The notes under the pieces were generated by a model, which was not told the DNA's origin, searched no databases, and saw only the letters and a program-made list of their open reading frames with translations. Below, piece after piece: positions 45,572 to 54,580 of a DNA stretch of 64,000 nt (its first letter is position 1; each line of letters starts with the position of its first letter). The position numbers and the translations under genes were made by a program. The stretch lies in the sequence record PP942979.1; one strand, 5' to 3'.

Positions 45572-45594
45572 GAGGAGCCTTACGTGGGCTCCTC
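45572..45594 (+). terminator. Hairpin, possible terminator (weak U-tract)
   Basis: GAGGAGCCT-TACGT-GGGCTCCTC. Confidence 0.45.
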
Positions 45595-45614
45595 ATTATC
45601 GTAATATAAACACT

Positions 45615-45929
45615 ATGGCAAAGAAAACTTATCTGCTACCTCGTGAGCGACCAAGCCCGCTGCCTAACTTACGAGCCTATCTCGCGTTCCTCGCTAGGAA
45701 GCCTAATGCTAATCGCGCAGTATTAGAATCGTATTGCAAAGCAAGTCTGGCACAAATGGCTCGCAGCCGTTTCTTTGTAGGTAAGCTCTTTGGCTACAAA
45801 GTGTATACGAAATCGAACAAGCTCGCATACACGGTTGTATGGATTGACCCATACAACTATGACTGTCTTGTTCTGAATCATCAAAGGAGAGAAGTAGAGT
45901 TCAAAAACCTTTACGGCCTGCTTTTATAG
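45615..45929 (+). CDS. Basic hypothetical protein
   Basis: 104-aa ORF. Confidence 0.7.
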   Translation: MAKKTYLLPRERPSPLPNLRAYLAFLARKPNANRAVLESYCKASLAQMARSRFFVGKLFGYKVYTKSNKLAYTVVWIDPYNYDCLVLNHQRREVEFKNLYGLLL

Positions 45930-45966
45930 TTAGGTCCTAGCGCCTTCACACTAGGGGAAACTTCCG

Positions 45967-46644
45967 ATGATAGCTGTTCTTAACAATCGTACCGACGAGG
46001 TAATTAAACGCCTGAACGTAGCAGTATGGTCTTGTGTAGCCGTTATGTTTGCTGTGTATATCGCAGTAACGAGCAACGCAAACGCCAGTATGTCTACAGG
46101 CCCTGACAACGCCATTGATATATCTTCCGCCGTGTCACTTGATCCCTCCAATCGAGTGGCTACTAAATACAAGGAGATAGAAAAGGCAGTAGCAGTAAAA
46201 GACGAACGAAGGCCCAAACGTTATGTAACGAGAGAGCGCCTCCGGCAACTCTATGCTCACTTGCCTCACCCGTCTGATTTAGGCAAGCAGATTGATTTGG
46301 CCGCAGAGAAGTACAACGTAGATGCAAAACTGCTTCTATCAATCTGCGTGTCCGAGTCGCATCTCCGTGCAAAGATCAGGAACAAATCCGGAGCTACAGG
46401 CCTGTGTCAAATCATGCCTGACATGCACGGACGTTCTGCGCGGGAACTCATGGACTACCGAATCAATGTTGATCAGGCAGCCCAGATTGTTGCGTTACTA
46501 AACAAGCAGTGTAAAGGCAGACGCGCCTGCGTCATTCAAAGCTACAACACTGGTTGGGGAGCATATTTGAGAGGGGTACGTGCCCCACAATATTTAGCGA
46601 AAGTCCAGACTGAGTATCGCCGCAAGCATACTCCTTCTTCCTAA
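45967..46644 (+). CDS. Lytic transglycosylase (SLT domain) with N-terminal membrane or signal segment
   Basis: AAEKYNVD..LL.SI...ES, GATGLCQIMP, INV..A, SYNTG. Confidence 0.88.
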   Translation: MIAVLNNRTDEVIKRLNVAVWSCVAVMFAVYIAVTSNANASMSTGPDNAIDISSAVSLDPSNRVATKYKEIEKAVAVKDERRPKRYVTRERLRQLYAHLPHPSDLGKQIDLAAEKYNVDAKLLLSICVSESHLRAKIRNKSGATGLCQIMPDMHGRSARELMDYRINVDQAAQIVALLNKQCKGRRACVIQSYNTGWGAYLRGVRAPQYLAKVQTEYRRKHTPSS

Positions 46645-46658
46645 TAGAGGATATAATA

Positions 46659-47345
46659 ATGAACATCAATATCACCGCGCTGTACAAAATGCAATTCCAG
46701 TTGCTGAAACCTTTATCGCCTCGTCAGGAGTATGCGCTCGTTGTCCTGCTCTGCGAGAACATCAATGAAGGTGATGTGGCTGCACTGGCAGAAGTAATCG
46801 TTCGTGACTATCCGCATGTAGCGCGTCTGTATGATGCGTTTGCTGCCGCCAACCAGTACGACAATGCTGTACCGTTTATCGTTCCTGTGTTGAACTCGGA
46901 AGAAGTCACCGAAGAGATCTTCTGCATTCGTGATCACGCACTCGTCGTTGCACCAGATCTGCGTGAATCTCTGTGTCAGGCTCTGACTCGCGTTGTGCTG
47001 ATGCGCGAAACGCCTGATGAATTGCTTATGCGCGAAGGCGCCGAAGTGATTCTGGTGACAGATGCTATACCGTATCTGCTTGGCCAGTTCATGGATTGTA
47101 TGCTCGATGCGTACAATTGCGGTGTGCTGCCTATGGTTGTTCGTCCTACGAAAGGCCAGCAGGCCATGCGTGATGATCGTCTGTTGTCGTTTGAGATGTT
47201 GCGCGACAACAATATGTTCTCTGGAAGTCTGGACTTCACTAAAGCTCTACAGCCGAGCGAGAAAGCCAAAGCGATTGCTGCCCAGCTTATCTCTCGTCTG
47301 CGCACTGTCAAGCCTGCACGTGGCTTCGATGCGGTAACACAATAA
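46659..47345 (+). CDS. Hypothetical protein
   Basis: GAGG RBS, 228 aa. Confidence 0.8.
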   Translation: MNINITALYKMQFQLLKPLSPRQEYALVVLLCENINEGDVAALAEVIVRDYPHVARLYDAFAAANQYDNAVPFIVPVLNSEEVTEEIFCIRDHALVVAPDLRESLCQALTRVVLMRETPDELLMREGAEVILVTDAIPYLLGQFMDCMLDAYNCGVLPMVVRPTKGQQAMRDDRLLSFEMLRDNNMFSGSLDFTKALQPSEKAKAIAAQLISRLRTVKPARGFDAVTQ

Positions 47346-47349
47346 ACCC

Positions 47350-47380
47350 AACGGGAGACCTTAACTGGTTTCCCGTTTTT
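47350..47380 (+). terminator. Intrinsic terminator
   Basis: AACGGGAGACC-TTAACT-GGTTTCCCGTT then TTT. Confidence 0.85.
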
Positions 47381-47404
47381 CATTTCTGCGCAAATTTTGA
47401 GACT

Positions 47405-48379
47405 ATGACAATGAACGAACAATTCGAATCAATCCCTGCTGATAAAACCCTTCTGCCCTTCTATTCTTCGGTTGCAGTTAACACCTACTTCGATTACCAC
47501 ATTAAGCGTCTTGGTCTGACTAGCGTGTGGGAATACGTCGAACGCAACAACCGTCCTGCTTTCGGTGACGATCAGATACTGGAAGCTCTGCATTACCATT
47601 CGACGATACACATGAAGCATGTAACTGCGCTCGCTCTTTGGCTGCTCGACTGCGAAGCCGTTCACGATTGGCAGTACCGCAACGGCGCAGTACCGTTAGC
47701 TATCGCCTGTATGTTCCACGACATGAATCACTCACTCGGACAGAAAGATGATGCGTACAACGTTCAGCAAGCCATCGCTGCTCTGGAGAAAGCTGCGCAC
47801 CACGAACTGGCCGATGCCATGCTGATCGACAACTGCGATATTGCCTCAGACCTGATTCGTGTTACGCAATTCCCGTACTCAGATGATCGTGTGCCGAAGA
47901 ATATGATTGAGCGTTGCATTCGTGACGCGGACATTCTTTACGGCATGCAGCCTTTCGTTATCGACTACGTTATGTATGGTCTGCGTGACGAAGTGAACAG
48001 CAACCCTGAAATGCCCTACCCGTTCACTCGTCAAGACTGGGCCTCGGGTCGTGTTGACTTCTTGCATGGCGTTGAGATGTTTACGCAGACAGGTAAAGAC
48101 GCGATGGATTGGTTGCTTGATGAAGAAAACGATCACAACCATCAGTCGAAGATTGAAAACTGGATGACCGACAACATTGAGTTCGTCCTCACCAGTGCGC
48201 GTCATATCAAAGCGAACGACGTTCTGTTTATCGACGTACCAGAAGACACGTTGAAAGCTCGTCGTTTGGTTGAGCGTGTGGAAGATTGTTATCCCGATAT
48301 CAATCTGTATTTCATGGGTGGCACTTCTTGCTCGCTACGCAACGGCGAGCACTGCATTCGCGTCGAAAGAAACAAATAA
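47405..48379 (+). CDS. HD-domain phosphohydrolase
   Basis: YHSTIH...ACMFHDMNHS...IRDADI (H...HD...D). Confidence 0.8.
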   Translation: MTMNEQFESIPADKTLLPFYSSVAVNTYFDYHIKRLGLTSVWEYVERNNRPAFGDDQILEALHYHSTIHMKHVTALALWLLDCEAVHDWQYRNGAVPLAIACMFHDMNHSLGQKDDAYNVQQAIAALEKAAHHELADAMLIDNCDIASDLIRVTQFPYSDDRVPKNMIERCIRDADILYGMQPFVIDYVMYGLRDEVNSNPEMPYPFTRQDWASGRVDFLHGVEMFTQTGKDAMDWLLDEENDHNHQSKIENWMTDNIEFVLTSARHIKANDVLFIDVPEDTLKARRLVERVEDCYPDINLYFMGGTSCSLRNGEHCIRVERNK

Positions 48380-48424
48380 TCGGCTGAAATAACCATGCTG
48401 TCTAAAGTGCGTCTATGCTACAAT
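48374..48424 (+). promoter_or_regulatory. Box + extended -10 promoter
   Basis: AAATAATCGGCTGAAATAACC ... TGC-TACAAT. Confidence 0.7.
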
Positions 48425-48456
48425 ATGCGTAGACGCACTAACAAAGAGAAAACGAT

Positions 48457-49161
48457 ATGAAGCCATTAAAACGAATCCCCCTGAGTTCCGATACAAACCT
48501 GTTTGCTATTAACGCCATAGTTCATATGACCGCATTTCTATATCTGGACGTTACTGTGCATTCCGAACATTTCGGAGACAAAGAAATAATGCTACCAGTG
48601 AGGGTCAATCACAATGTGTCGCCCCATGAACGTCTGGCTGGTGTACAGTATGTCGCTTATATACCTGTGTTGGCGTGTCATCCGATATCCGACATCGAGT
48701 TCCATACAGAGCTTGGTTACACGGAAGTGAATGTCAAACACTTATCCATGGACTATACCAAATGCAGTCATTGGGTATACATCGGCCTTCTGCCTGACGT
48801 GGCTGAGTCTGATATGCGCGACAAGCGTTATGTCGCGCCTCTGCGTGTGTATACAGTTCCACATGAAATGGGTATGCCTGATATATACAAACGGCATATT
48901 GCTCGCGGTGCAGCGATACGTCCTGCCTATCTGCGCACTTCGGCTCTGGACAATATTGACAATGAAACCTGGGAACAACTGCGGGCTCGTCCAGATCGCG
49001 GTACCTCGTGGTCGGACTTCTTAGACGCAATCACTAACGGACGTCTGACACCTAAAGACAATCTATCCGAATGTCTTGAAAGCATAGATCAGGAGTTCAT
49101 GCCTGAGAGTGTAGTTAAACGTCTGCGTCAGGCTCAGGTTCAAAGACGCATGAGAGGTTAA
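48457..49161 (+). CDS. Hypothetical protein
   Basis: 234-aa ORF after the promoter. Confidence 0.75.
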   Translation: MKPLKRIPLSSDTNLFAINAIVHMTAFLYLDVTVHSEHFGDKEIMLPVRVNHNVSPHERLAGVQYVAYIPVLACHPISDIEFHTELGYTEVNVKHLSMDYTKCSHWVYIGLLPDVAESDMRDKRYVAPLRVYTVPHEMGMPDIYKRHIARGAAIRPAYLRTSALDNIDNETWEQLRARPDRGTSWSDFLDAITNGRLTPKDNLSECLESIDQEFMPESVVKRLRQAQVQRRMRG

Positions 49162-49163
49162 TC

Positions 49164-49394
49164 ATGATGCACGATATATACAAGGTGAGTGCTGTCCTGT
49201 TCTACCTGCTTGGCGCTATGGCTTTCCTTGCACATATCGTTGGCTTCGTGAAGAACTGGATGAAGATAAAAGAGATGCGGCAGAAAGCGCAGGCAAAGAT
49301 TGCCAAAGTGAAAACGCCGCACGAACTCATTAAACGCCGTCTGCGCAAAGCAGAAGAACGCGCACGGTACCGCCCACGTAAACTGAGAGACTGA
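49164..49394 (+). CDS. Single-pass membrane protein with basic tail
   Basis: VSAVLFYLLGAMAFLAHIVGFV then K/R-rich tail. Confidence 0.7.
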   Translation: MMHDIYKVSAVLFYLLGAMAFLAHIVGFVKNWMKIKEMRQKAQAKIAKVKTPHELIKRRLRKAEERARYRPRKLRD

Positions 49395-49396
49395 CA

Positions 49397-49705
49397 ATGC
49401 CTACTATTACTCGTAACGACACACTGGAAAAGAAAGTACAACGCGCACTGGAAATCTGCTGGAACGAAACAGTAAAGAACAATTCAGGGCCGACGACTTA
49501 TGCTTTTCTCGCTTCTTCATTTGCTGCTGATGGTCGCAGCCTGTTCGAAAATGAATTGAAGATGATCGGCGTCATGCTGCGTGACGGTCTTAACATCAAC
49601 CTGTATGGTCGCTATGCAGCAACTACCTACACAAGCAACAAGGGAATCATGATCGCATTTCAGCCTGTTGCTGACCTCGAAGATATTGTGGAGATGACTC
49701 TATAA
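49397..49705 (+). CDS. Hypothetical protein
   Basis: 102-aa ORF. Confidence 0.7.
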   Translation: MPTITRNDTLEKKVQRALEICWNETVKNNSGPTTYAFLASSFAADGRSLFENELKMIGVMLRDGLNINLYGRYAATTYTSNKGIMIAFQPVADLEDIVEMTL

Positions 49706-50253
49706 TGGAACAGATTGATTTGTTTGCTTGGCCTGATTGTGGGCGCACGATGTATGAGGCACACACGCTGCTGGAGCCAGCAGTTCGAACGCCTGATTTT
49801 GCAGTACGCCAGATGCGTTATACTCATGCGGCCTTCGGCAATAGCGGGGCAATTGGCGGGGCACTCTTTCCGCAGAAGCTGAACAAGAAGATTGTCAGCC
49901 TGCACGAATTTATCATCGGCCCAAGCCCTGCGTTTCAGCGTGAGATAACTGCTGGCTCTGGTGATGTAGCAAACATGATGGACCCGCAGTATCTGTACAA
50001 CCTGTATCTGCATACAGAGACCGTTGCAATTCGTGTGTCTGAGTTCCATAACTTCACTGAACGGGGTCCGTTGTCTGCGCTGCACCTATTCACTGTGGCG
50101 ACTATTTATGAGATGCGCCTGATCGTTTACTTTGCAGATGACGGCATCGAAACTGATCGTGACCGTGAAGATTGGTTGCAGAGCATTCGTGGTTACTTCT
50201 CGAACCGCAGCAAGTTCCGTATCAAAGCAGAAAAAACTTTATTCACTAAATAA
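49705..50253 (+). CDS. Hypothetical protein
   Basis: TAATG coupling, 182 aa. Confidence 0.75.
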   Translation: MEQIDLFAWPDCGRTMYEAHTLLEPAVRTPDFAVRQMRYTHAAFGNSGAIGGALFPQKLNKKIVSLHEFIIGPSPAFQREITAGSGDVANMMDPQYLYNLYLHTETVAIRVSEFHNFTERGPLSALHLFTVATIYEMRLIVYFADDGIETDRDREDWLQSIRGYFSNRSKFRIKAEKTLFTK

Positions 50254-50289
50254 CCGCAGCGCTTACGGGCGTCGCACAGGAGAAACATT

Positions 50290-51546
50290 ATGTCATTCGA
50301 TATGCGCCAGAACGTACTCATGGTTCGCTCTTTGATTAACGGCCAACCGTTCTATTATTTCTACAACGCAGAAGGCCTGGAGTTCAGCCTGTCTGGTTAC
50401 CAGCTTAAAGAGATTTATGATCGTCACTTTGATGGTCGTATGTCTGCTGTCACTACTTACTGGGGCTTCACAAACAAGCCGAACTATGAGTCTTTCGAGT
50501 TTGCGGATAACGGTGACTTGTTGTGGCATGTTTCTCTGAATGCTGTGTGTCACACGTATCTGCCTCTTGAGATGGTTATCGGTCATGAAGGCTTCAACGT
50601 GATTAACGGATTCATGATCGAAGATCACAAACGCATGGTGATGAAGATTCATCAAAAGGCAGTGGGTCGTAGCGTTGAAAAACTTACATGGTTCCATGAT
50701 ATGTCCGAAGAGCGTATGCGTGAAATGCTGAATGCTCTTGGTCACGGTCCGCTGCGTATTGAACGTGCTGATCGTGAAGAACTGATTAAGATTCATCGGG
50801 ACTGGCAGCGTAAGCACGACGAAGAATTTAAATACACGCACAACGCCTGTGGTATTGATCCGGAAGACAAACTCCCTGCTGACCTGTACGACGATCACGG
50901 CAAGTGGTTGCGCCAGCGGCACATGGCAAAAGGCAAAACGCTTGAGATGATGGCCAGCGAACTTGCGAACATCGTCCGCATCTTTGACCTGTACATCGGC
51001 GATGATGACTTTGACCACATGAATCCGGATTGGGACGAAGGTCTGCGTCGTGTTGCTCAAGCATTCATCTACGGGCCTAACGCCAAAGAGCGTTTCGATG
51101 AAGTGAAGTATAATCCTCAATTCGTTGTCAATGGTATCTATGCGTTGGCGAAAGACTTGAACTGGATTCATGTTAACGAAGAATCTCAGGACTATAAAGA
51201 GTCGTTGATTCGTCGCCTGATGCAAGAACTGAAAAACGAAGTAGAACGGCCGGACGGGGTGTTCGTTCTTGAAGACGGTGTAGTAATGTTGAAAGCTGCC
51301 TTGGCAGTAGCGAACGCAGAAGAGGAAGAAGAAGAAGAGGACGATGATTCTTCCGCTCGCGCAGAAGTGCGTACCTACCTCGAAGGTCTCAGTGAAGAAA
51401 AGCTGCGTACAGTAGCAATTGATCACAAGCTGGCCAAGAAAATGAAGATTGCCAAGATGGCCAAGAGCGAGCTGGTGGACTTGTGTGCTGACTATTTCGG
51501 CTCAGACTTTCCTGAGGACGAAGAAGAGGAAGAAGAACACGAATAG
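50290..51546 (+). CDS. Hypothetical protein with C-terminal HeH/Rho_N-like module between acidic runs
   Basis: AGGAG RBS; YLEGLSEEKLRTVAIDHKL...KMAKSELVDL. Confidence 0.8.
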   Translation: MSFDMRQNVLMVRSLINGQPFYYFYNAEGLEFSLSGYQLKEIYDRHFDGRMSAVTTYWGFTNKPNYESFEFADNGDLLWHVSLNAVCHTYLPLEMVIGHEGFNVINGFMIEDHKRMVMKIHQKAVGRSVEKLTWFHDMSEERMREMLNALGHGPLRIERADREELIKIHRDWQRKHDEEFKYTHNACGIDPEDKLPADLYDDHGKWLRQRHMAKGKTLEMMASELANIVRIFDLYIGDDDFDHMNPDWDEGLRRVAQAFIYGPNAKERFDEVKYNPQFVVNGIYALAKDLNWIHVNEESQDYKESLIRRLMQELKNEVERPDGVFVLEDGVVMLKAALAVANAEEEEEEEDDDSSARAEVRTYLEGLSEEKLRTVAIDHKLAKKMKIAKMAKSELVDLCADYFGSDFPEDEEEEEEHE

Positions 51547-51615
51547 CCTGAAAGAACTAATTAAACACGCAACACTTTAATCTTCCAATCATACCTAACA
51601 TTGTAGGGAACAAAA

Positions 51616-52038
51616 ATGAAATTCGAACAAAACATTCTGGTAGTAAATCGCATCGCTCTTATCATGAACGACGAACTGGTGCAGAAGTGGGGTGATGCAG
51701 CAAACGCTGATCGTAATGCTACAGCGTATGCAACTGCAATCATTCTCGCCAAACTTCAACAGCGCGTGTCCGTCGCTCTGCATACCGAGAATCCTGAGGC
51801 GTGTGCTCGTCCTGAATTGCTCTGGACAGACTACGGTTCTATTTCGGTAAGCGGCCTGTTTATCATCGCCTCTACTTCGGATAAAGAGGTGCTCAATCAC
51901 TACGAAGACCATGACTATCTTAATCATCTGCACACAATCAAACGTGTAGCGGAAGAGAACGGATTTAAGTTAACGGTCGTTCCTGTGAAAGCGAACTTCC
52001 CGTTCTCTAATACTGAAATCCCTGCCAGTATGAAGTGA
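51616..52038 (+). CDS. Hypothetical protein
   Basis: 140-aa ORF. Confidence 0.75.
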   Translation: MKFEQNILVVNRIALIMNDELVQKWGDAANADRNATAYATAIILAKLQQRVSVALHTENPEACARPELLWTDYGSISVSGLFIIASTSDKEVLNHYEDHDYLNHLHTIKRVAEENGFKLTVVPVKANFPFSNTEIPASMK

Positions 52039-52046
52039 GGTGATCT

Positions 52047-52346
52047 ATGAAGCGTGAACACATTCCGATGATCGATGCCGCTATCGTTTTAACGATGGAA
52101 GAAAGTCGTAGCTTTATGGGTCAACGCCCTGATGGCTTTGTCTATCTGCCGAGCAAGGAAGCACTGGAGAAGTTCGAAGCGCATATTCAGAAGCACCGAA
52201 GCTATGACAGCTACAGCACTATCCTGCACCGCGAGCTTCACGCTATCAGCGCTGAGGGCGTCGATGCGCTTACTGCTGATATTGAGCGCGATTCAAGCAA
52301 GCCCTGGATGTGGTCAGACGTAGACTACCGTATCAAGCTGTGGTAA
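52047..52346 (+). CDS. Hypothetical protein
   Basis: GAGGTG RBS, 99 aa. Confidence 0.75.
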   Translation: MKREHIPMIDAAIVLTMEESRSFMGQRPDGFVYLPSKEALEKFEAHIQKHRSYDSYSTILHRELHAISAEGVDALTADIERDSSKPWMWSDVDYRIKLW

Positions 52347-52348
52347 GC

Positions 52349-52399
52349 AAATAACTGGTCAAAATGACGGTAGTATCTGAAACCGCATTATGATATACT
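52349..52399 (+). promoter_or_regulatory. Box + extended -10 promoter
   Basis: AAATAACTGGTCAAAATGACG ... TGA-TATACT. Confidence 0.8.
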
Positions 52400-52452
52400 A
52401 GAAGCGTAGCGACTGCTGCGCTTTTTTAACTTATGTCTGAGGAGACAACAAA

Positions 52453-52917
52453 ATGCTGCAAGAAACTCAAGCCACCCTGTCCGATATCGAACTGCAAGAC
52501 CGCATGGTAGATGCTGCCGCCCAGAAACTTATCGAACTGAAACCTGAGTGGGTTGACGTTTGCGCTGCGGCACTTCGTTTATATCTGACCGTGTGCGAAC
52601 AACTCGGCGGTGAAATTCCTGAACTGCGTTTTGTTCACAACTGCCGTCCGACTCGTTTGCAGTTCCGTCTGGCGGAAAGTGTTGAGGGTGAGGAGTTCGT
52701 TGCCAACGAACTCAACAAAGAACACCAGATGGCTATGGCCGAAGCAATTCTCGATGTTGCCGAAGCAAACGAAGATGGCCACTCGCTGATGGATTTAGCT
52801 ATCTCCTCTGGTCGTCTGTTCATGATTGGTTACGACGGGCTTGCAGGTACGCTTGATAAGATTTGCTTCCGTAGTCATAAAAAGAACTACACCATGAATC
52901 TGGTTAAAGAGGCTTAA
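52453..52917 (+). CDS. Hypothetical protein
   Basis: GAGGAG RBS, 154 aa. Confidence 0.8.
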   Translation: MLQETQATLSDIELQDRMVDAAAQKLIELKPEWVDVCAAALRLYLTVCEQLGGEIPELRFVHNCRPTRLQFRLAESVEGEEFVANELNKEHQMAMAEAILDVAEANEDGHSLMDLAISSGRLFMIGYDGLAGTLDKICFRSHKKNYTMNLVKEA

Positions 52918-52918
52918 C

Positions 52919-53575
52919 ATGAAACAGGAATACACTCTGCTTAAACGAAGCAAAGTTGATGTTAATCGTTTTGCTTTCGTGTGTGATGGCGAGGTGGTAG
53001 CCAACTTTACTGCTGGCCAGTTGTTCGTGACAATGCAAAAACTCAAACACGCCGACGCTATTAAAAACGTCGATGTGCTCTGGCGTGACGGTACGCGCAC
53101 AGTTGAAGAACTGCGTGTGGTTGAGCAACGACGATTTATTCAATTCGATATGCTCGAATATGAGCATTCGATTTGCTTGCTGATGCGAGCACAGGGGCTG
53201 CCTGTTGAGTTGTCCGTTCCTGTTGACGTGCGCAAGCTGTTTGATAAGCATGGACCGTTTATCACAGAAATTCGTGTGCCGTCAGAACTCGTTGCTGATC
53301 TGCATCCTGCTTTAGAGCGCTTCACTCCAGACGAAGACGACGATATGGATGAAGACTTTGATGAAGACGACGAAGCGGAGGATATGGATGACACTGACTT
53401 TGGCTTCCGTCCAGAAGACATTCGCCAGCAGTTAGGTGATTTTAACTATCGCTCACCGGATTGGGTTGTTACTATGACTGATGTTCAGGTGGATGAAGTA
53501 AATCATCTTGAAGTCGGCATCGACCCTGACATTGAACTTCCTCGTGCGGCTGACGCGAAGGACGAATTTTTCTAA
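52919..53575 (+). CDS. Acidic hypothetical protein
   Basis: GAGG RBS, 218 aa. Confidence 0.8.
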   Translation: MKQEYTLLKRSKVDVNRFAFVCDGEVVANFTAGQLFVTMQKLKHADAIKNVDVLWRDGTRTVEELRVVEQRRFIQFDMLEYEHSICLLMRAQGLPVELSVPVDVRKLFDKHGPFITEIRVPSELVADLHPALERFTPDEDDDMDEDFDEDDEAEDMDDTDFGFRPEDIRQQLGDFNYRSPDWVVTMTDVQVDEVNHLEVGIDPDIELPRAADAKDEFF

Positions 53576-53766
53576 TGAAAAGTACAAACGATTTGGTCAA
53601 AGAGTTACGCAGACACGGCCAGCTTACTATTGACGAGCGCGAGAAGCACTTGCTGCCAGATTTGACGTTCACGCTTGATTGCCTGTGTATCACATACAAG
53701 AAGCGGGAAGTAGAGACTACCAAGCGTGGTCGTGTCATAACAATAAAATTGACCACCGTTCATTAA
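53575..53766 (+). CDS. Hypothetical protein
   Basis: TAATG coupling, 63 aa. Confidence 0.65.
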   Translation: MKSTNDLVKELRRHGQLTIDEREKHLLPDLTFTLDCLCITYKKREVETTKRGRVITIKLTTVH

Positions 53767-53780
53767 CAATCCAGAGTTTG

Positions 53781-53891
53781 GCTCGCCCGTCCAGAAATGC
53801 TCAATTCCCCAAGTGAGGTGCTTCGCGCAGAAGCATGACGGTGCGGGTCCTTTTTGAAGCGTACTAATCGAGTGTGTTTCACAAAGAACCC
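53781..53891 (+). ncRNA. Candidate structured cis-regulatory RNA
   Basis: Intergenic; 53781-53791 can pair with 53837-53848, enclosing two hairpins; a competing long hairpin spans 53845-53891. Confidence 0.35.
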
Positions 53892-53911
53892 AAAACAAAC
53901 AGGAGGCTGTT

Positions 53912-54304
53912 ATGAAGTTTAACGATGTGAGTAAAGATGCTCAGGTCATTCTTATGGGCGCTGCACTTGCTGGCGTGATCGAAACGTTCGGACGTGACGC
54001 CGAAGATGAAGGCAAGCAGTTGATTGAAACTGCGTTGCGCCAAGTCGGTTTGACGTTCGACGAGTTCCGCGTCCTGATGACCGAAATCGCACCTGAAGTT
54101 GAAGCGGAAGTTGCGTCTGTCCAGACAGTAGTTGCTGATCCGGACGATGACTTCGAGGACGAACAACTGGACACAATGGAAGAACGTCCAGGCAATCTGA
54201 ACGATGATGGGCGCACTGATGAAAATGGCTGGCAAGATCTTGACGAAGATACTGTGTGCCAGATGTGCGGCAAAGAACACTGCGAATGCAATCGCATAGG
54301 GTGA
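53912..54304 (+). CDS. Acidic protein with C-terminal CxxC...CxC
   Basis: AGGAGG RBS; CQMCGKEHCEC. Confidence 0.75.
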   Translation: MKFNDVSKDAQVILMGAALAGVIETFGRDAEDEGKQLIETALRQVGLTFDEFRVLMTEIAPEVEAEVASVQTVVADPDDDFEDEQLDTMEERPGNLNDDGRTDENGWQDLDEDTVCQMCGKEHCECNRIG

Positions 54305-54308
54305 TCAA

Positions 54309-54521
54309 ATGAGCCGACGCCCAACGCAAGATGAAGTGAACGGCCAGATAGCTGCCTCAGAAGAACAACGCTATAGCGAGCGTGAGGCTCAATATGCTGA
54401 TTGGTCAGATGACGATTTACGCAATGCGCTGTTAGAGAACGGTCTAGTCTTTGATGACGACGACTTGGACGACTACAGCCGACAAGACTGTCTCAGACTG
54501 CTTATGGGCAGTGGCTACTAA
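54309..54521 (+). CDS. Small acidic protein with HeH/Rho_N-like module
   Basis: YADWSDDDLRNALLENGL...YSRQDCLRLL. Confidence 0.7.
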   Translation: MSRRPTQDEVNGQIAASEEQRYSEREAQYADWSDDDLRNALLENGLVFDDDDLDDYSRQDCLRLLMGSGY

Positions 54522-54523
54522 GC

Positions 54524-54574
54524 AAAAATCTGGACAAAATGACGGTTGTCTCAAAACAGCGTCCGTGTTAGAAT
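54524..54574 (+). promoter_or_regulatory. Box + extended -10 promoter (first of a tandem pair)
   Basis: AAAAATCTGGACAAAATGACG, TTGTCT 17 nt before TAGAAT, TG extension. Confidence 0.8.
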
Positions 54575-54580
54575 ATAGAT

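Noticed and set aside
50293-51426. 377-aa minus-strand ORF
   Set aside because: Nested antisense to 50290, which has the RBS and operon context
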